Sequence record: OR525698.1
From: Escherichia phage vB-Eco-KMB43
DNA length: 64,000 nt
Direction: 5' to 3' (one strand)
Shown: positions 1 to 10,022 of the stretch, piece by piece
Layout of the letters: each line of letters opens with the position of its first letter
Numbering within the stretch: the stretch's first letter is position 1
The notes under the pieces: model-generated
What the model was told of the DNA's origin: nothing
What the model saw: only the letters and a program-made list of their open reading frames with translations
Databases searched by the model: none
Made by a program: the position numbers and the translations under genes

Positions 1-2109
1 TTAAAATTTAACATTCTTAACCAGTTTCATAAAGTCTTGTGCGCGTTTGTCGTTATGCAGAATACGATACCAGTTATCTACAATATCATACAGTAACGGG
101 CTATTCTCTTTAAACTTCGCACAAACTGCTTTAATTCGTTCGTTTGCTGCCGTGAATTTTTCATCACAGATCTTTTTAGTTTCTTCGTCCATAATCCAAC
201 GAGTACGAAGGAGTAACTTGGAAACCTCTTTATTATAATGACGACCGTACAGTCTGTCAATAAATTCTGGAACACAGCGTTCTAGTTCATCGTCATGAAA
301 CAACATAGTGATCACACCCAGATATTCGCCATACCCCAGATGATTGGTCTTAACCTTCTTAGCCAGACCAGCCAGCTTACCGCGAACAAATTCTAGCGCA
401 CATTCCAATTGTTCGTCAACGAGATATTTTTGTGTCTCGTTTCGAGTAATAATATACTTTGTTACCCCGAAGTAGTCAAGCGCCGTATGTAATGTATTTT
501 CACTATAGATCGATTTACGACTACGGCTTTCGAATGCATCACCTACGCGGAACATGTGCAAGCCTGATAACTCGCGAATCTCTGCCGCTTTCATGTGATG
601 GCTGGTTTTATGCCAACTGTCACCAATCTTTTCCATAATATACACGTTAGGCAGCTTGGGAGTAGCTTCACGTTGTGTACGCTCGGTCTTCTCCGGTTTA
701 ACTGCTTTAGCACGCAGATCATCGGCCTCTGATACCTTAATCACGGTCATTTCAGAATCATCATAATACTGTTTGATGTACTCGAAAGTCTCCATATGTT
801 TTTCGTTGCGCTGACGGAACACCAGTACCTTTTTATTGATTCCGTATTCCTGGACCATGCCGTTAAGAGTCAGTGCACGCAGTTTCGGTTTATCGGTATC
901 ATCAATTACACACAGAATATCTTCTTTATGCATCCATACAAAATGCGTAATGTTGTATTGACTGCTAACGAAAGCAGGGCGCAATTTACTGATTGTGTGA
1001 CGAGTACGATACAGAGTATACACCTGACCTTCTACGTCATTAGGCGAATCTTTACCCGCATTCACAAACTTATTATAGATTGCTACCGGATCATCCCATT
1101 GTCCGATCTTACCCATCTTGCTAATAATATTGCGTTGAGTCGATGAATACTCGCTCATAAATTGCGCAAGTTTACGCTCTGTTTTAATGTTGGCGATCTT
1201 TTCTTTAACCTTTTCCAACATCATTTCATTGATTTCTGCAATGCGTTTTTCGATGTTCGCTTTAGTCTCAATTGACAAGTGAACTTCTTCACGCGATGGC
1301 ATAAGGTCTAGATCACCCAACTCAAAATTAATGTAAATGGTCTGGTGCTGGCGGTTTACAGCTTCTAACCATGTTCCGCGAACATATTCATACGGGATCG
1401 GATACTGGATCTTACCCATGATTGCATATACTACATAGGAATCGTTATCACGCCCATTACAAACATAATAATTATCAAAGCTAGGGAAATAATTAATTTC
1501 GATTGCATTGATATTCGGTTTGTGTTCCCCAAAATGACGCAGTACAAATTGTGCTTCTCGATGCCATGTCTGAATGTCTTTTTCTTTCACCGGAATAGTG
1601 ATTTTCAGACCATTGTCTTCACAGGTCGGTTCGTCGAAAATCTGCACCATTTTCGGCATAGAGTTTTGCACAAATGCCGTAAAGCCATAAGCGCGACCAT
1701 TGTAATAGTTTACGATTGTAAAGGTGTCGGTATAGCTATAAGCAGACTTCGCACCTAAACCAAAAGATCCGATATAATCATTAGTCTGGTCTTTTGTTGA
1801 TTCAAAGTAAACCGTAAACAGTTGTTCTAATTCTTTCTTAGACGGAATACCAGTACCATAATCACGCACAGAAAAATACGGTTCGATTGCAGTCGGTAAA
1901 TGAATATCAAACGGACGATCTAAGGTTCCGGCTTCTTTGTGAGTGTCGGTAGCATTGCACGAATACTCACGGACGCAAGCACGCTCACAATATTGATAAG
2001 TGTTCTTAGAAAGCACCATAAAAGCCTTGCTACTTGCTTTCAGTGAAAAATCAACCGCACCGCTCAAGTCACTGCCAAATACTTCTTCATTATCAATATG
2101 CATTTTCAT
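1..2109 (-). CDS. rIIA: rIIA-like protein (GHKL/HATPase-type fold)
   Basis: 702 aa ORF; ATPase-like motifs DYGTGI and GLGAKS; lies downstream of topoisomerase gene 39 as in T4; ATG at 2109 with GAGGA RBS. Confidence 0.75.
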   Translation of the reverse strand: MKMHIDNEEVFGSDLSGAVDFSLKASSKAFMVLSKNTYQYCERACVREYSCNATDTHKEAGTLDRPFDIHLPTAIEPYFSVRDYGTGIPSKKELEQLFTVYFESTKDQTNDYIGSFGLGAKSAYSYTDTFTIVNYYNGRAYGFTAFVQNSMPKMVQIFDEPTCEDNGLKITIPVKEKDIQTWHREAQFVLRHFGEHKPNINAIEINYFPSFDNYYVCNGRDNDSYVVYAIMGKIQYPIPYEYVRGTWLEAVNRQHQTIYINFELGDLDLMPSREEVHLSIETKANIEKRIAEINEMMLEKVKEKIANIKTERKLAQFMSEYSSTQRNIISKMGKIGQWDDPVAIYNKFVNAGKDSPNDVEGQVYTLYRTRHTISKLRPAFVSSQYNITHFVWMHKEDILCVIDDTDKPKLRALTLNGMVQEYGINKKVLVFRQRNEKHMETFEYIKQYYDDSEMTVIKVSEADDLRAKAVKPEKTERTQREATPKLPNVYIMEKIGDSWHKTSHHMKAAEIRELSGLHMFRVGDAFESRSRKSIYSENTLHTALDYFGVTKYIITRNETQKYLVDEQLECALEFVRGKLAGLAKKVKTNHLGYGEYLGVITMLFHDDELERCVPEFIDRLYGRHYNKEVSKLLLRTRWIMDEETKKICDEKFTAANERIKAVCAKFKENSPLLYDIVDNWYRILHNDKRAQDFMKLVKNVKF

Positions 2110-2123
2110 AATATAATCCTCAC

Positions 2124-2381
2124 TTAATTAAAATCTTCTTTGTCCATCTCTGCGTAGATTACATCCCACGCCCATAAATCAATAAACGCATTATATGTCA
2201 CGGTGCAATCGTTGTCAATCACTTCTTTCGCATATTTCTTGATGTTTTCGTAGGAAACTTGCGGATCAATTTTGTGTTTACGAAGATGCGCATATTCATA
2301 CCTCAAACACTCCATAAACAGGTCCATCGATTTCTTTTCTCGATGACACTTGGCGATCAGAAAATCAAAACTTCGACTCAT
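2124..2381 (-). CDS. hypothetical protein (85 aa)
   Basis: ORF in minus-strand early array between 39 and rIIA; no recognisable motif. Confidence 0.4.
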   Translation of the reverse strand: MSRSFDFLIAKCHREKKSMDLFMECLRYEYAHLRKHKIDPQVSYENIKKYAKEVIDNDCTVTYNAFIDLWAWDVIYAEMDKEDFN

Positions 2382-2391
2382 TTTCTACTCC

Positions 2392-2586
2392 TTATACATT
2401 TTCAATCACCCATTGCAGATGGGCTTCTGCGTCAACCAGTTCAGCGCGGCTTTTCTCTAAGCACTTGCTGTATTCTTTACGTTCCCAATCAGCAATTTCG
2501 TTTTTCAGGACTTCTTCATAGTAAGCAATTACGCCTTTCAGGTCTGAAACTTTACGGCTTGCCAGTTCGATGTAATGGTTACGCAT
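2392..2586 (-). CDS. hypothetical protein (64 aa)
   Basis: small ORF in co-oriented array. Confidence 0.3.
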   Translation of the reverse strand: MRNHYIELASRKVSDLKGVIAYYEEVLKNEIADWERKEYSKCLEKSRAELVDAEAHLQWVIENV

Positions 2587-2782
2587 TTTGATTCTCCTTT
2601 GTTACTAGATAACGAATTTGGTCTTGCATTGCAATCAGTTCCCAGCGTGCTACTTTCATCATGGAAACTGCCTCTTTGAACATAATATTAGCTTTTTCCT
2701 TATTCCCTGTCAAGTAGATTTCTGCAATTTTTTCACAAAATTTTTGAGTTTCTTCATTCTTAAACGGTTTCATATAAGTCAA
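2579..2782 (-). CDS. hypothetical protein (67 aa)
   Basis: small ORF in co-oriented array. Confidence 0.3.
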   Translation of the reverse strand: MTYMKPFKNEETQKFCEKIAEIYLTGNKEKANIMFKEAVSMMKVARWELIAMQDQIRYLVTKENQNA

Positions 2783-2839
2783 CCTTTTATTTTCGATGGG
2801 GATATTATGATATATCCCCGATCCAGTGTCAACAGATTT

Positions 2840-3139
2840 TTAATCTTTTTTCAATGCATCCATTACTCGCTCTGCGATCAGTTCTCGTAAGCACTGATAA
2901 CCATGATATTTGATGGCAATGTCACGCAGATCATTAACCAGTTCCCGTACTTCATGGTCTTTCAAATCGTCTCTGTATTTCGATTTAACCGTGTCTTTAG
3001 GTGGATTGCGGATAACCTGAAAACCTTGTTCTGCAATCACTGCGGCTTCGCGCTGGCGTTCATGCTGTACTGTATTTTTGATCAGGTCTGCTTCCATGAA
3101 CTTTGCCATACTCATCATCATGTTATTCTTTTTGCTCAT
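2840..3139 (-). CDS. hypothetical protein (about 99 aa)
   Basis: ORF track extends to 3220 through the promoter; internal ATG at 3139 preceded by AGGA RBS chosen. Confidence 0.35.
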   Translation of the reverse strand: MSKKNNMMMSMAKFMEADLIKNTVQHERQREAAVIAEQGFQVIRNPPKDTVKSKYRDDLKDHEVRELVNDLRDIAIKYHGYQCLRELIAERVMDALKKD

Positions 3140-3173
3140 TATTAAATCCTCATAAAAGAAAAGGGAGACTCCC

Positions 3174-3201
3174 ATTATAGAGAATCTCCCTTGTGTGTCA
3201 A
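3174..3201 (-). promoter_or_regulatory. early promoter with hairpin (TTGACA, 16 nt, TATAAT; -10 inside stem-loop 3163-3190)
   Basis: read on minus strand; stem GGGAGA/TCTCCC encloses the -10. Confidence 0.5.
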
Positions 3202-3204
3202 GTG

Positions 3205-5028
3205 TTATGATTGCATCCAAATTTTGCGCTGATCTGCATCTTCACTATAGAGCAAATCGAATAGCTCTTTATAGTTTTCCGGTAACGTGATGATCTCCAT
3301 GACAGGATCGTTGATCACGCGATGATAGTCTGATTCTGTGAGCGATGCTAAACCTTTGATATATCGAATGTTGTAACCTTTGATATTATCTCGATCGTTC
3401 TCGAAATCTTCTAGGTCATAATACCATCGAACATCATCACCTTTCTTTGGTTCCGCAATGATAATAGGTGTTTTGATAAACCGGATTCGTCCATCTTCGA
3501 ACAATTCAGGCCAACGAGCAAAGAAAGAGATCAGACTAGGTTTAATAGACCCGATCCCGTCAGTATCAGCGTCGGTCATAATCGCAATATTTTTGTATTG
3601 CATAACTTCCAATGCATCAACACCAAATTGCAAGCCTGTGATCGCCATGATGTTAAAAATTTCGGCGTTCTTAACGATCTTTGCCTCCGGTTGTTCCCAC
3701 GTTGTAAGAGTTTTACCTCGCAACGGGAAACCTCCATGTAAATCTTGATCGCGTACAGAGATCAGATAGTTGATCGCGGAATCACCTTCCGTCAAAAACA
3801 GGGTAGTTTCTGCGTCAGTTCCAATAAGGTTAGCTTTAACGTGTTTTGCCACCTTAGCCCGTTTTGCTGCCTTTGCTGCCTTAGTCGCTGCCGCTTTATC
3901 TGCTGCCTCTTTGCGTGCCAGGACGACAGCAATAATAGGCATGATAATGTTTTCTTTCTTCGCAATGACTTTAGCCAGCTTTTTAAAATCAAGATCAATA
4001 TGACGCTTGATATCACCAGTCGGGTTAGTCAAGCGTTCTTTTGTCTGTGAATCAAAACGAAGGTTAGGCAATTCACGAACAATAAGAATACAGGTCAATC
4101 CAGATTTAACCGCAGCTTTAGTAACATCAACCTTATATTCTTTCTTGATTCGTTTTACAATCTCTTCACAAAGATCATCTGTCACGTAGTCTACGTGTGT
4201 TCCCCCGTTTTTGGTAAACAGACCATTAGCAAAGGATACTGATTTAAAACCTTCTCCCTCGACCGCAGGAACTAGGGCAAGTGAAAAGTTTTTATCTTCA
4301 ATGACAAACGGATCATCATTGTATAGTTTAGCATAATCCTTGAACTTACTAACAATACGTTTACCATTAAACTTAAACGTGATCTTAGGAAATATTACGC
4401 TCAATGATTGCAGACGATCATGAACAATATCTAAAACAGAGTTGTCCATCATATAACCTTCGAAGTGGTCGAAGTCTGGGCAAAATGTAACCTTTGTTCC
4501 CTTCAATTTTGATGGTTTCGATGACCATGTGATATTTTCAGCACCGTTTGTACATTGAACGGTCATTTCTGTTTCGCCGTCACAGGTCACACCAGTAAAC
4601 CAATCGCTAAAGAAATTTGACAACGACGACCCCACACCGTTCATCCCTTGCGTTAATCGATTGGTATCATCAAAGTTAGACCCTGCTTTTGTTCGTGTCC
4701 ATGCGGCTACAGGTTGCGGAATCTGCGTACCCTCTGGGGTAGTAACCATATGTTGAGGAATACCGCGACCGTTGTCTGTTACCGTAACAATATTGTTTTG
4801 GATATCGACGCTAATCACATTGGCAAATTCAAAATTAGTGCGGATCGCCTCGTCTACAGAGTTGTCGATGATCTCATCAATGATTTTAACCAGTCCAGGA
4901 ACGTATGAAATTTTTGTCCACTTACCGAACAGGAAACGTTGATGTTCTTCGTAAGTTGTTGATCCTATATACATTCCTGCACGCTTAAGGACATGTTCAC
5001 GATCAGATAAAATGCGGAACTCACTCAT
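3205..5028 (-). CDS. 39: DNA topoisomerase II large subunit (GyrB-like ATPase), continuous gp39 plus gp60-equivalent
   Basis: 607 aa; N-terminus LKRAGMYIGST and DNGRGIP GHKL motifs; length matches fused 39+60 of non-T4 T-even-like phages. Confidence 0.85.
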   Translation of the reverse strand: MSEFRILSDREHVLKRAGMYIGSTTYEEHQRFLFGKWTKISYVPGLVKIIDEIIDNSVDEAIRTNFEFANVISVDIQNNIVTVTDNGRGIPQHMVTTPEGTQIPQPVAAWTRTKAGSNFDDTNRLTQGMNGVGSSLSNFFSDWFTGVTCDGETEMTVQCTNGAENITWSSKPSKLKGTKVTFCPDFDHFEGYMMDNSVLDIVHDRLQSLSVIFPKITFKFNGKRIVSKFKDYAKLYNDDPFVIEDKNFSLALVPAVEGEGFKSVSFANGLFTKNGGTHVDYVTDDLCEEIVKRIKKEYKVDVTKAAVKSGLTCILIVRELPNLRFDSQTKERLTNPTGDIKRHIDLDFKKLAKVIAKKENIIMPIIAVVLARKEAADKAAATKAAKAAKRAKVAKHVKANLIGTDAETTLFLTEGDSAINYLISVRDQDLHGGFPLRGKTLTTWEQPEAKIVKNAEIFNIMAITGLQFGVDALEVMQYKNIAIMTDADTDGIGSIKPSLISFFARWPELFEDGRIRFIKTPIIIAEPKKGDDVRWYYDLEDFENDRDNIKGYNIRYIKGLASLTESDYHRVINDPVMEIITLPENYKELFDLLYSEDADQRKIWMQS

Positions 5029-5127
5029 TATTAAACCTCTTCATAACATAACCATAACTTACTGCAACCGCCACAAAGACGGCTGCAACAATCATATTAA
5101 AAATTGAGTGATTGTCAAGTATATGAC

Positions 5128-5301
5128 TCATGACACGCGCACATTTTTATCATAGTACCCGCCATTAATACCGCGCGGGGCAGTCAATCCCTGTTTGCAT
5201 TCTTTACCACATTCAGGGCATTCTGCCTTTTCACGCTCGGAAATTTTGCGGATTTTCTGAAATTGACCGTGTTCTTCACAAGAATAATCGTATAATGGCA
5301 T
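5128..5301 (-). CDS. FmdB-like zinc-ribbon protein (57 aa)
   Basis: MPLYDYSCEEHG...CPECG, two CxxC pairs; ATG at 5301 with AAGGGGA RBS. Confidence 0.5.
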   Translation of the reverse strand: MPLYDYSCEEHGQFQKIRKISEREKAECPECGKECKQGLTAPRGINGGYYDKNVRVS

Positions 5302-5302
5302 A

Positions 5303-5971
5303 TTATCCCCTTTGTTTCTTAACTGAATTTGGATCTGGATTTTCTGGTAGGTCTTCCAGACCCATAGCATAACGTTGTGCATAGATTAGCATAAGAATAT
5401 CGCGAGCGCAATCATGAATTGCATCATGTGCGATAAAACCATCTAGCGTACCCATTGGTAACGGACACTCACACATCCCGCGATGCATCAATGTACGCTC
5501 AATGGCGGTGCGAACATCTCGGATATTCCAGAATCGCACAGGTTCAAGGCTGAACGTCTCTCGTGTATTGTGTGCACGGCGGATCATATCAACTAGTAAC
5601 GGAATATCAAACGCATTACCGCGTGACCACATTACGGATTTAACCGGATCTACCCCTACGGCTTCACAGAATGCGTTAAAACGCGCTAAACCTTCTTTAG
5701 TTGATACTTCCGTACCATTTGTGATTAATTGCTTTCTCATGCCTTCTGAGGCGGTATTCTTCCACCATTCAACCACACCATGATCAAACACCCTTACACC
5801 TTTCTGGGAAGGAATATCAAATTTTACCAGAAAGGAATTGTCGACCAGTTCTTTAAATGTAGGTGGATTGTGCGGATCTTCTTTAAATCCGATTGCCGCC
5901 ATATTGATAACCGCCCCATCGGGCGGATAACCTAAACTTTCAAAGTCAATCATTAAATCCACTGGAAGCAT
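5303..5971 (-). CDS. dexA: exonuclease A (DnaQ-like 3'-5' exonuclease)
   Basis: DEDD-type exonuclease motifs (DFESLG, HDAIHD); T4 position between 39 and dda; internal ATG at 5971 with GGAGG RBS. Confidence 0.7.
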   Translation of the reverse strand: MLPVDLMIDFESLGYPPDGAVINMAAIGFKEDPHNPPTFKELVDNSFLVKFDIPSQKGVRVFDHGVVEWWKNTASEGMRKQLITNGTEVSTKEGLARFNAFCEAVGVDPVKSVMWSRGNAFDIPLLVDMIRRAHNTRETFSLEPVRFWNIRDVRTAIERTLMHRGMCECPLPMGTLDGFIAHDAIHDCARDILMLIYAQRYAMGLEDLPENPDPNSVKKQRG

Positions 5972-5972
5972 T

Positions 5973-6215
5973 TTAAATATCCTCCGCGATGTGCCGGAAT
6001 AACTCCAGATCATTTTTATCAAGAATGAAACCGCTACAATCAATAATTCCTTTACCGTAATTATCGGTTAATAGTCGGTCCGTTGCCATGTATGCGCGTA
6101 CTTTGTTGTTAAAATTCATTACATGTTGTGCATAGTCACAATGAATCTTTTGACGGTTCCACGCGACAATTGATTGTAGATGTATTACATTAGCCACATT
6201 ATTAATAACAACCAT
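5973..6215 (-). CDS. hypothetical protein (80 aa)
   Basis: ORF between dda and dexA. Confidence 0.3.
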   Translation of the reverse strand: MVVINNVANVIHLQSIVAWNRQKIHCDYAQHVMNFNNKVRAYMATDRLLTDNYGKGIIDCSGFILDKNDLELFRHIAEDI

Positions 6216-6394
6216 ATCAAAACCCTCGCTTAGTGAAATGCTCGATCATTTTATTGATACATTCAGCTTCACTGTCGCCGGATACGTTCCATCCATAATG
6301 ACCCCAACTAAAACACATGGTAACAGTTCCATTGTGACGGCTTACCGTCACATCATTAAATTCTGGGATACTTCGCATAATCATAATAATTTCC

Positions 6395-7786
6395 TCAAAT
6401 ATAGTCTACTCGATACCGCGCACGGGTAACACCCACATATAATAACTGCATTGCCAGTTCAAAGTCAACATTGTCTGTACACATGCAAGGAGTATACAGG
6501 AACACGCGGTCTACGCTGATCCCTTGTGACTTATGAATGGTGCAAGCTGGTAATGCTTTTACATTCAAGAACATACGCTTCATCGTCCAGAAGGAATCCC
6601 AATCTGGTTTAAATTTTGGATTCTCTTTCTTCATTTCGCGATATTGTCCGGCGACCGTATTCAGATAGATAGAGAAAATGTTCTTCTGACGTTGTTCTGT
6701 CAGAATGTTGATTTCTACTAAATCTGGTTTATCTGTAGTGATTCCGACTGCATCTAAACCGACTTTCTGATTTAGGATTTCTTTGTCTTCGTCATCATCG
6801 ACGCTTTCCACTTTCAGAGTATATCCTAAAACTGGTTGCGGATCTACACCCGTGCAACGTAATGTAAATTCACGCGGGATGACCTCTTTAACTCGGATCA
6901 TCTCACCATTGTTAAAAATAACATTGGGAATCTTCTTCCCGCGTTCATCTCGCAGATATTCGATCAATGGTTCCTGAGTAACCAGAATTTCATCTACAAT
7001 CACTGGTTCATCGGTGTTATAAACGCGCTTACGCACAATTTCATTGAGTTTTTCGACGCTCTTGTTAGTGTAGGCCAGAATACGGTTTTCTAGAAGGTCT
7101 TCCGGCGTTTTAACGGTTTCGAAATAATGCTTCATAAACTCCGGCAGAGTTGAGCTATGGAATACACCCTCGTTACCGCACTGCTTTTCGAATACCCATT
7201 TACCATTACGGACAGCGGTCGCCACATCAATTATTGGCGCATTAGATCGTTTAATCTCTGTAAGTTCTACATTCTGAAACCTTTCATCGGTGAAGAAAGG
7301 AGAGATCGACGTTGCACCGCCCGGATCAACTGGTCGTAACTGGTACAGATCACCCACGGCAATAATAACAATTCGACCGTTGATACTCTTCATGAGAATA
7401 TCAAATAGTTTCTTATCGACCATACTCGCTTCATCAACAATGATGATCTGAACATCATCTAGCTTAGGAGTATCTTTTTGCTCAAATACTTGAGTATCTT
7501 CATAGTTGGTCGGGTTTAGTCGCAGTAGTGCATGTAAAGTAAATGCTTGACGACCTACCGCTTTACTCAAAACTTTTTTAGCCTGGTGGGTAGGCGTTGC
7601 CAAAACCACACCAGTTACACCACGGCGGACCATTTCCTGAACAATGAATTTCATCATTGCGGTTTTACCAGTACCAGCCGCACCACGGACAGTTGTATGC
7701 TTCTTTTGTTCAATGCGTTTCATTAGAACATCAAAAGCATGTTTTTGCCCGTCTGTTAACATATCGAAAGTTAATACTCTGCTCAT
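6395..7786 (-). CDS. dda: Dda-like SF1 DNA helicase
   Basis: 463 aa; Walker A GAAGTGKT, Walker B IIIVDEASM; T4 order. Confidence 0.85.
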   Translation of the reverse strand: MSRVLTFDMLTDGQKHAFDVLMKRIEQKKHTTVRGAAGTGKTAMMKFIVQEMVRRGVTGVVLATPTHQAKKVLSKAVGRQAFTLHALLRLNPTNYEDTQVFEQKDTPKLDDVQIIIVDEASMVDKKLFDILMKSINGRIVIIAVGDLYQLRPVDPGGATSISPFFTDERFQNVELTEIKRSNAPIIDVATAVRNGKWVFEKQCGNEGVFHSSTLPEFMKHYFETVKTPEDLLENRILAYTNKSVEKLNEIVRKRVYNTDEPVIVDEILVTQEPLIEYLRDERGKKIPNVIFNNGEMIRVKEVIPREFTLRCTGVDPQPVLGYTLKVESVDDDEDKEILNQKVGLDAVGITTDKPDLVEINILTEQRQKNIFSIYLNTVAGQYREMKKENPKFKPDWDSFWTMKRMFLNVKALPACTIHKSQGISVDRVFLYTPCMCTDNVDFELAMQLLYVGVTRARYRVDYI

Positions 7787-8100
7787 TATCCTAAAATCCT
7801 CACCTTGCGAACACAGATAGTATTGAGTTCTCGCCGTACCCGTTCTTTCTCATATTCAGGAATTTTGTATTCTATACCATCCCGAACAATTTCAGAAGAC
7901 CGGATTATACCAAATTTTCGTTTAGGCACAACCTTGTATTTCGGTTCACCTGCCAATAGACTCTCACAATAATCTATCTGATCACACATTGACGCTAACG
8001 CAGCATCATGTGTTTCGCAAGTTAGGACGCGACCCTTCGCGTCCACTGAGTATTGAAAGAATCCGTCTTTATCACGATAACATACAGCAAATACATGCAT
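7786..8100 (-). CDS. hypothetical protein (104 aa)
   Basis: ORF overlapping dda start by 1 nt. Confidence 0.35.
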   Translation of the reverse strand: MHVFAVCYRDKDGFFQYSVDAKGRVLTCETHDAALASMCDQIDYCESLLAGEPKYKVVPKRKFGIIRSSEIVRDGIEYKIPEYEKERVRRELNTICVRKVRILG

Positions 8101-8855
8101 TATAAACCTACCTTCGCTTTCATCAATTCAATCCACGACGCATCAATCGGAAGCCCGTATTTCACGCGTTCTTTTTGTGCTGGCGTTAAGTTCTCATACT
8201 TAGAAAGAGATTCAATCAAAACGCTGGTATATTTTAGCACGATTTCGGTATTGTTTGCAATAGCCTTAAGTTTTTCTTCTTTCTTGTTGATTTCGCTAAG
8301 TGCTTGCTTGAGATCTGCAATTTTCTGATAACGTTCTTCCATACGGAAGAGAGTATTTTTAATCGCTCGCTCGGCTGCCTCTGCTTTCTCCTGTTCGTTG
8401 TGCTTTTTGTGGCGCTCGATTGCTAATTTCTTTTCTTCGATTGCCATTTCCTGATTTTTGATGCGATTCTCGTTAAGTTCGATCCACTCGATGTACTTCG
8501 CACGTAGGGCAATTTCATCATCAGAAAGTTTACCGTTAGTTCCCAGTTCCTGGATCTCTTTAAGAGATTCGATAGTGTGATTTCCACGGAAAGAATTGTA
8601 TTTCAGTTTAACCGGAATTACATTGCCATCAACATATCCCAGATTGCAATCAATGCGCTCTAAGGAGAGTCCGTCATCACCTTCACCGAAAGCCTCACCT
8701 GAATAGGCACAATGAGTCTGACGGTAAATGTTACGAACAGTGACTAAGCTCATAGAGAAGTCTTTGTTGCGACGTGAAGCACCAGCCATGATAGAGTTCA
8801 GCCGGAAAACAACCAGCGCCAATTCTTCGTTAGATTTAAAAGCAAACAGTTTCAT
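8100..8855 (-). CDS. hypothetical protein with C-terminal coiled coil (occupies T4 srd position)
   Basis: 251 aa; HNH-like N-terminal motif ERID..GYVDGNV; long charged helical C-terminus; own early promoter upstream. Confidence 0.4.
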   Translation of the reverse strand: MKLFAFKSNEELALVVFRLNSIMAGASRRNKDFSMSLVTVRNIYRQTHCAYSGEAFGEGDDGLSLERIDCNLGYVDGNVIPVKLKYNSFRGNHTIESLKEIQELGTNGKLSDDEIALRAKYIEWIELNENRIKNQEMAIEEKKLAIERHKKHNEQEKAEAAERAIKNTLFRMEERYQKIADLKQALSEINKKEEKLKAIANNTEIVLKYTSVLIESLSKYENLTPAQKERVKYGLPIDASWIELMKAKVGL

Positions 8856-8884
8856 AATTGATTCTCCTTAGTTGGTATGTGTGT

Positions 8885-8913
8885 ATTATTGTCTATCTGG
8901 TTTGTGCTGTCAA
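8885..8913 (-). promoter_or_regulatory. early sigma70-like promoter (TTGACA, 17 nt, AATAAT)
   Basis: upstream of ORF 8100-8855. Confidence 0.45.
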
Positions 8914-8916
8914 CAC

Positions 8917-9420
8917 TTAAATTAAAGAAAATTTGTAAATCTCTATCAGATCGCCATTACACGCGTAAACTTCCTCGATCTCATCAAGGATCATGGTCGT
9001 CCCTGTCTTGTATATGCACTCGCGCTCATCTGCCAACATAGCATACAAAGACAGTCGAGTAGTCGGATTGTCATACTCTTTAGATACCACTCGGTCAATA
9101 GCATGTTCGTAATAATTCATGCAAGGCTTGGTAGGTTTTATTGCAATAATCTTTCCTGTTGCATAAACATCGGTTGCAAAGTCCTCTGCTGTTGATTGCA
9201 GTGGCGTAAAGCTCATAGGACGCTCTACAACGAAAGAATCACCTACAATTAAGGTATCCAGCTTACGACCTTCTCTTTTGCTCACACCGCGATACAAGGC
9301 TTCATGATGCACTAACCGTTCAGTCTTTTCGATCAATCCATTAAGGATCGACATATCGATATTTTCTTTAGAGTTCATCAATTCATCAATGATGTTAAGT
9401 TCTTCTGGTGTAAATTGCAT
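8917..9420 (-). CDS. hypothetical protein, possible ModA/ModB-like ADP-ribosyltransferase
   Basis: 167 aa; LYRG and SFTP motifs reminiscent of the ART R-S-E pattern; T4 modA/modB position; weak. Confidence 0.3.
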   Translation of the reverse strand: MQFTPEELNIIDELMNSKENIDMSILNGLIEKTERLVHHEALYRGVSKREGRKLDTLIVGDSFVVERPMSFTPLQSTAEDFATDVYATGKIIAIKPTKPCMNYYEHAIDRVVSKEYDNPTTRLSLYAMLADERECIYKTGTTMILDEIEEVYACNGDLIEIYKFSLI

Positions 9421-9453
9421 AATAAAAAAGCCTCCAATCTTTCGACGGGAGGC
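9421..9453 (-). terminator. rho-independent terminator (hairpin GCCTCC...GGAGGC plus U-run)
   Basis: minus-strand hairpin followed by TTTTTTATT just before ATG 9420. Confidence 0.45.
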
Positions 9454-9482
9454 ATAATAAAACCATTATAGAGTAGTGTCAA
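9454..9482 (-). promoter_or_regulatory. early promoter (TTGACA, 17 nt, TATTAT) overlapping a terminator hairpin
   Basis: between gene 56 stop and ORF 8917-9420. Confidence 0.45.
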
Positions 9483-9489
9483 CTAATTT

Positions 9490-10008
9490 TTAGTAGCCGC
9501 GTTCTTGACGGGCGAAGTTTTCAGCATTTTTCAGATAGTATAGAATAAAGAGTTCTTGAGCGTCAATACCCAGCGGGATCATCTTTGACAGAATGAAGTG
9601 GATCGCGTCCACAAATTCAAATTTCACTTCAAGCTGATCTTCTGGTGACAGTTCAGAGAATTTACGCGCTCGCGCTTCCCCGTGGTTCTTTTTCCACATT
9701 TTCCAGATTGCACTTGCATCTTTACCATTTGACATGCCACCCAGCGATGTGTAAAGCTCTCGTGTTTCGTCTGCGATAGCGTCATCCATCCGTTGCATCC
9801 AATCCAACATTTCACCGCAAGTCTCTAGCTTAGTTGGATTTGGGACCCAATCAAATTTTTCGGATAATGCAACCTGCAAACCAGTTTGCATTTCGAGCAT
9901 CACCTGAAACGGATCTTTACCTTCTGCAATAGCGTGATGATATGCGGCGATAGCCGCGTTAATATCTTTTTCGTTAACCAGACCAGCACAAGAATTAAAT
10001 TCTGACAT
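9490..10008 (-). CDS. 56: dCTP pyrophosphatase, MazG-like
   Basis: N-terminus MSEFNSCAGL aligns with T4 gp56; EFVDAIHF MazG motif; ATG at 10008. Confidence 0.75.
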   Translation of the reverse strand: MSEFNSCAGLVNEKDINAAIAAYHHAIAEGKDPFQVMLEMQTGLQVALSEKFDWVPNPTKLETCGEMLDWMQRMDDAIADETRELYTSLGGMSNGKDASAIWKMWKKNHGEARARKFSELSPEDQLEVKFEFVDAIHFILSKMIPLGIDAQELFILYYLKNAENFARQERGY

Positions 10009-10022
10009 ATTCACCTCATTAA

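Noticed and set aside
3205-5028. Possible gene 60 translational bypass (50 nt hop) or split topoisomerase subunit
   Set aside because: The ORF is continuous for 607 aa across the region where T4 is split into 39 and 60, so there is no interruption or hop element.
8100-8855. Assigning this ORF as an HNH endonuclease on the basis of ERID..GYVDGNV
   Set aside because: The catalytic His of the HNH motif is replaced (E-R instead of D-H) and there is no zinc-binding Cys pair; kept as a hypothetical protein at the srd position.
9624-9815. ORF 9624-9815 (63 aa) nested inside gene 56
   Set aside because: It lies in an alternative frame inside a conserved MazG-like gene and has no RBS; it is a frame artifact.
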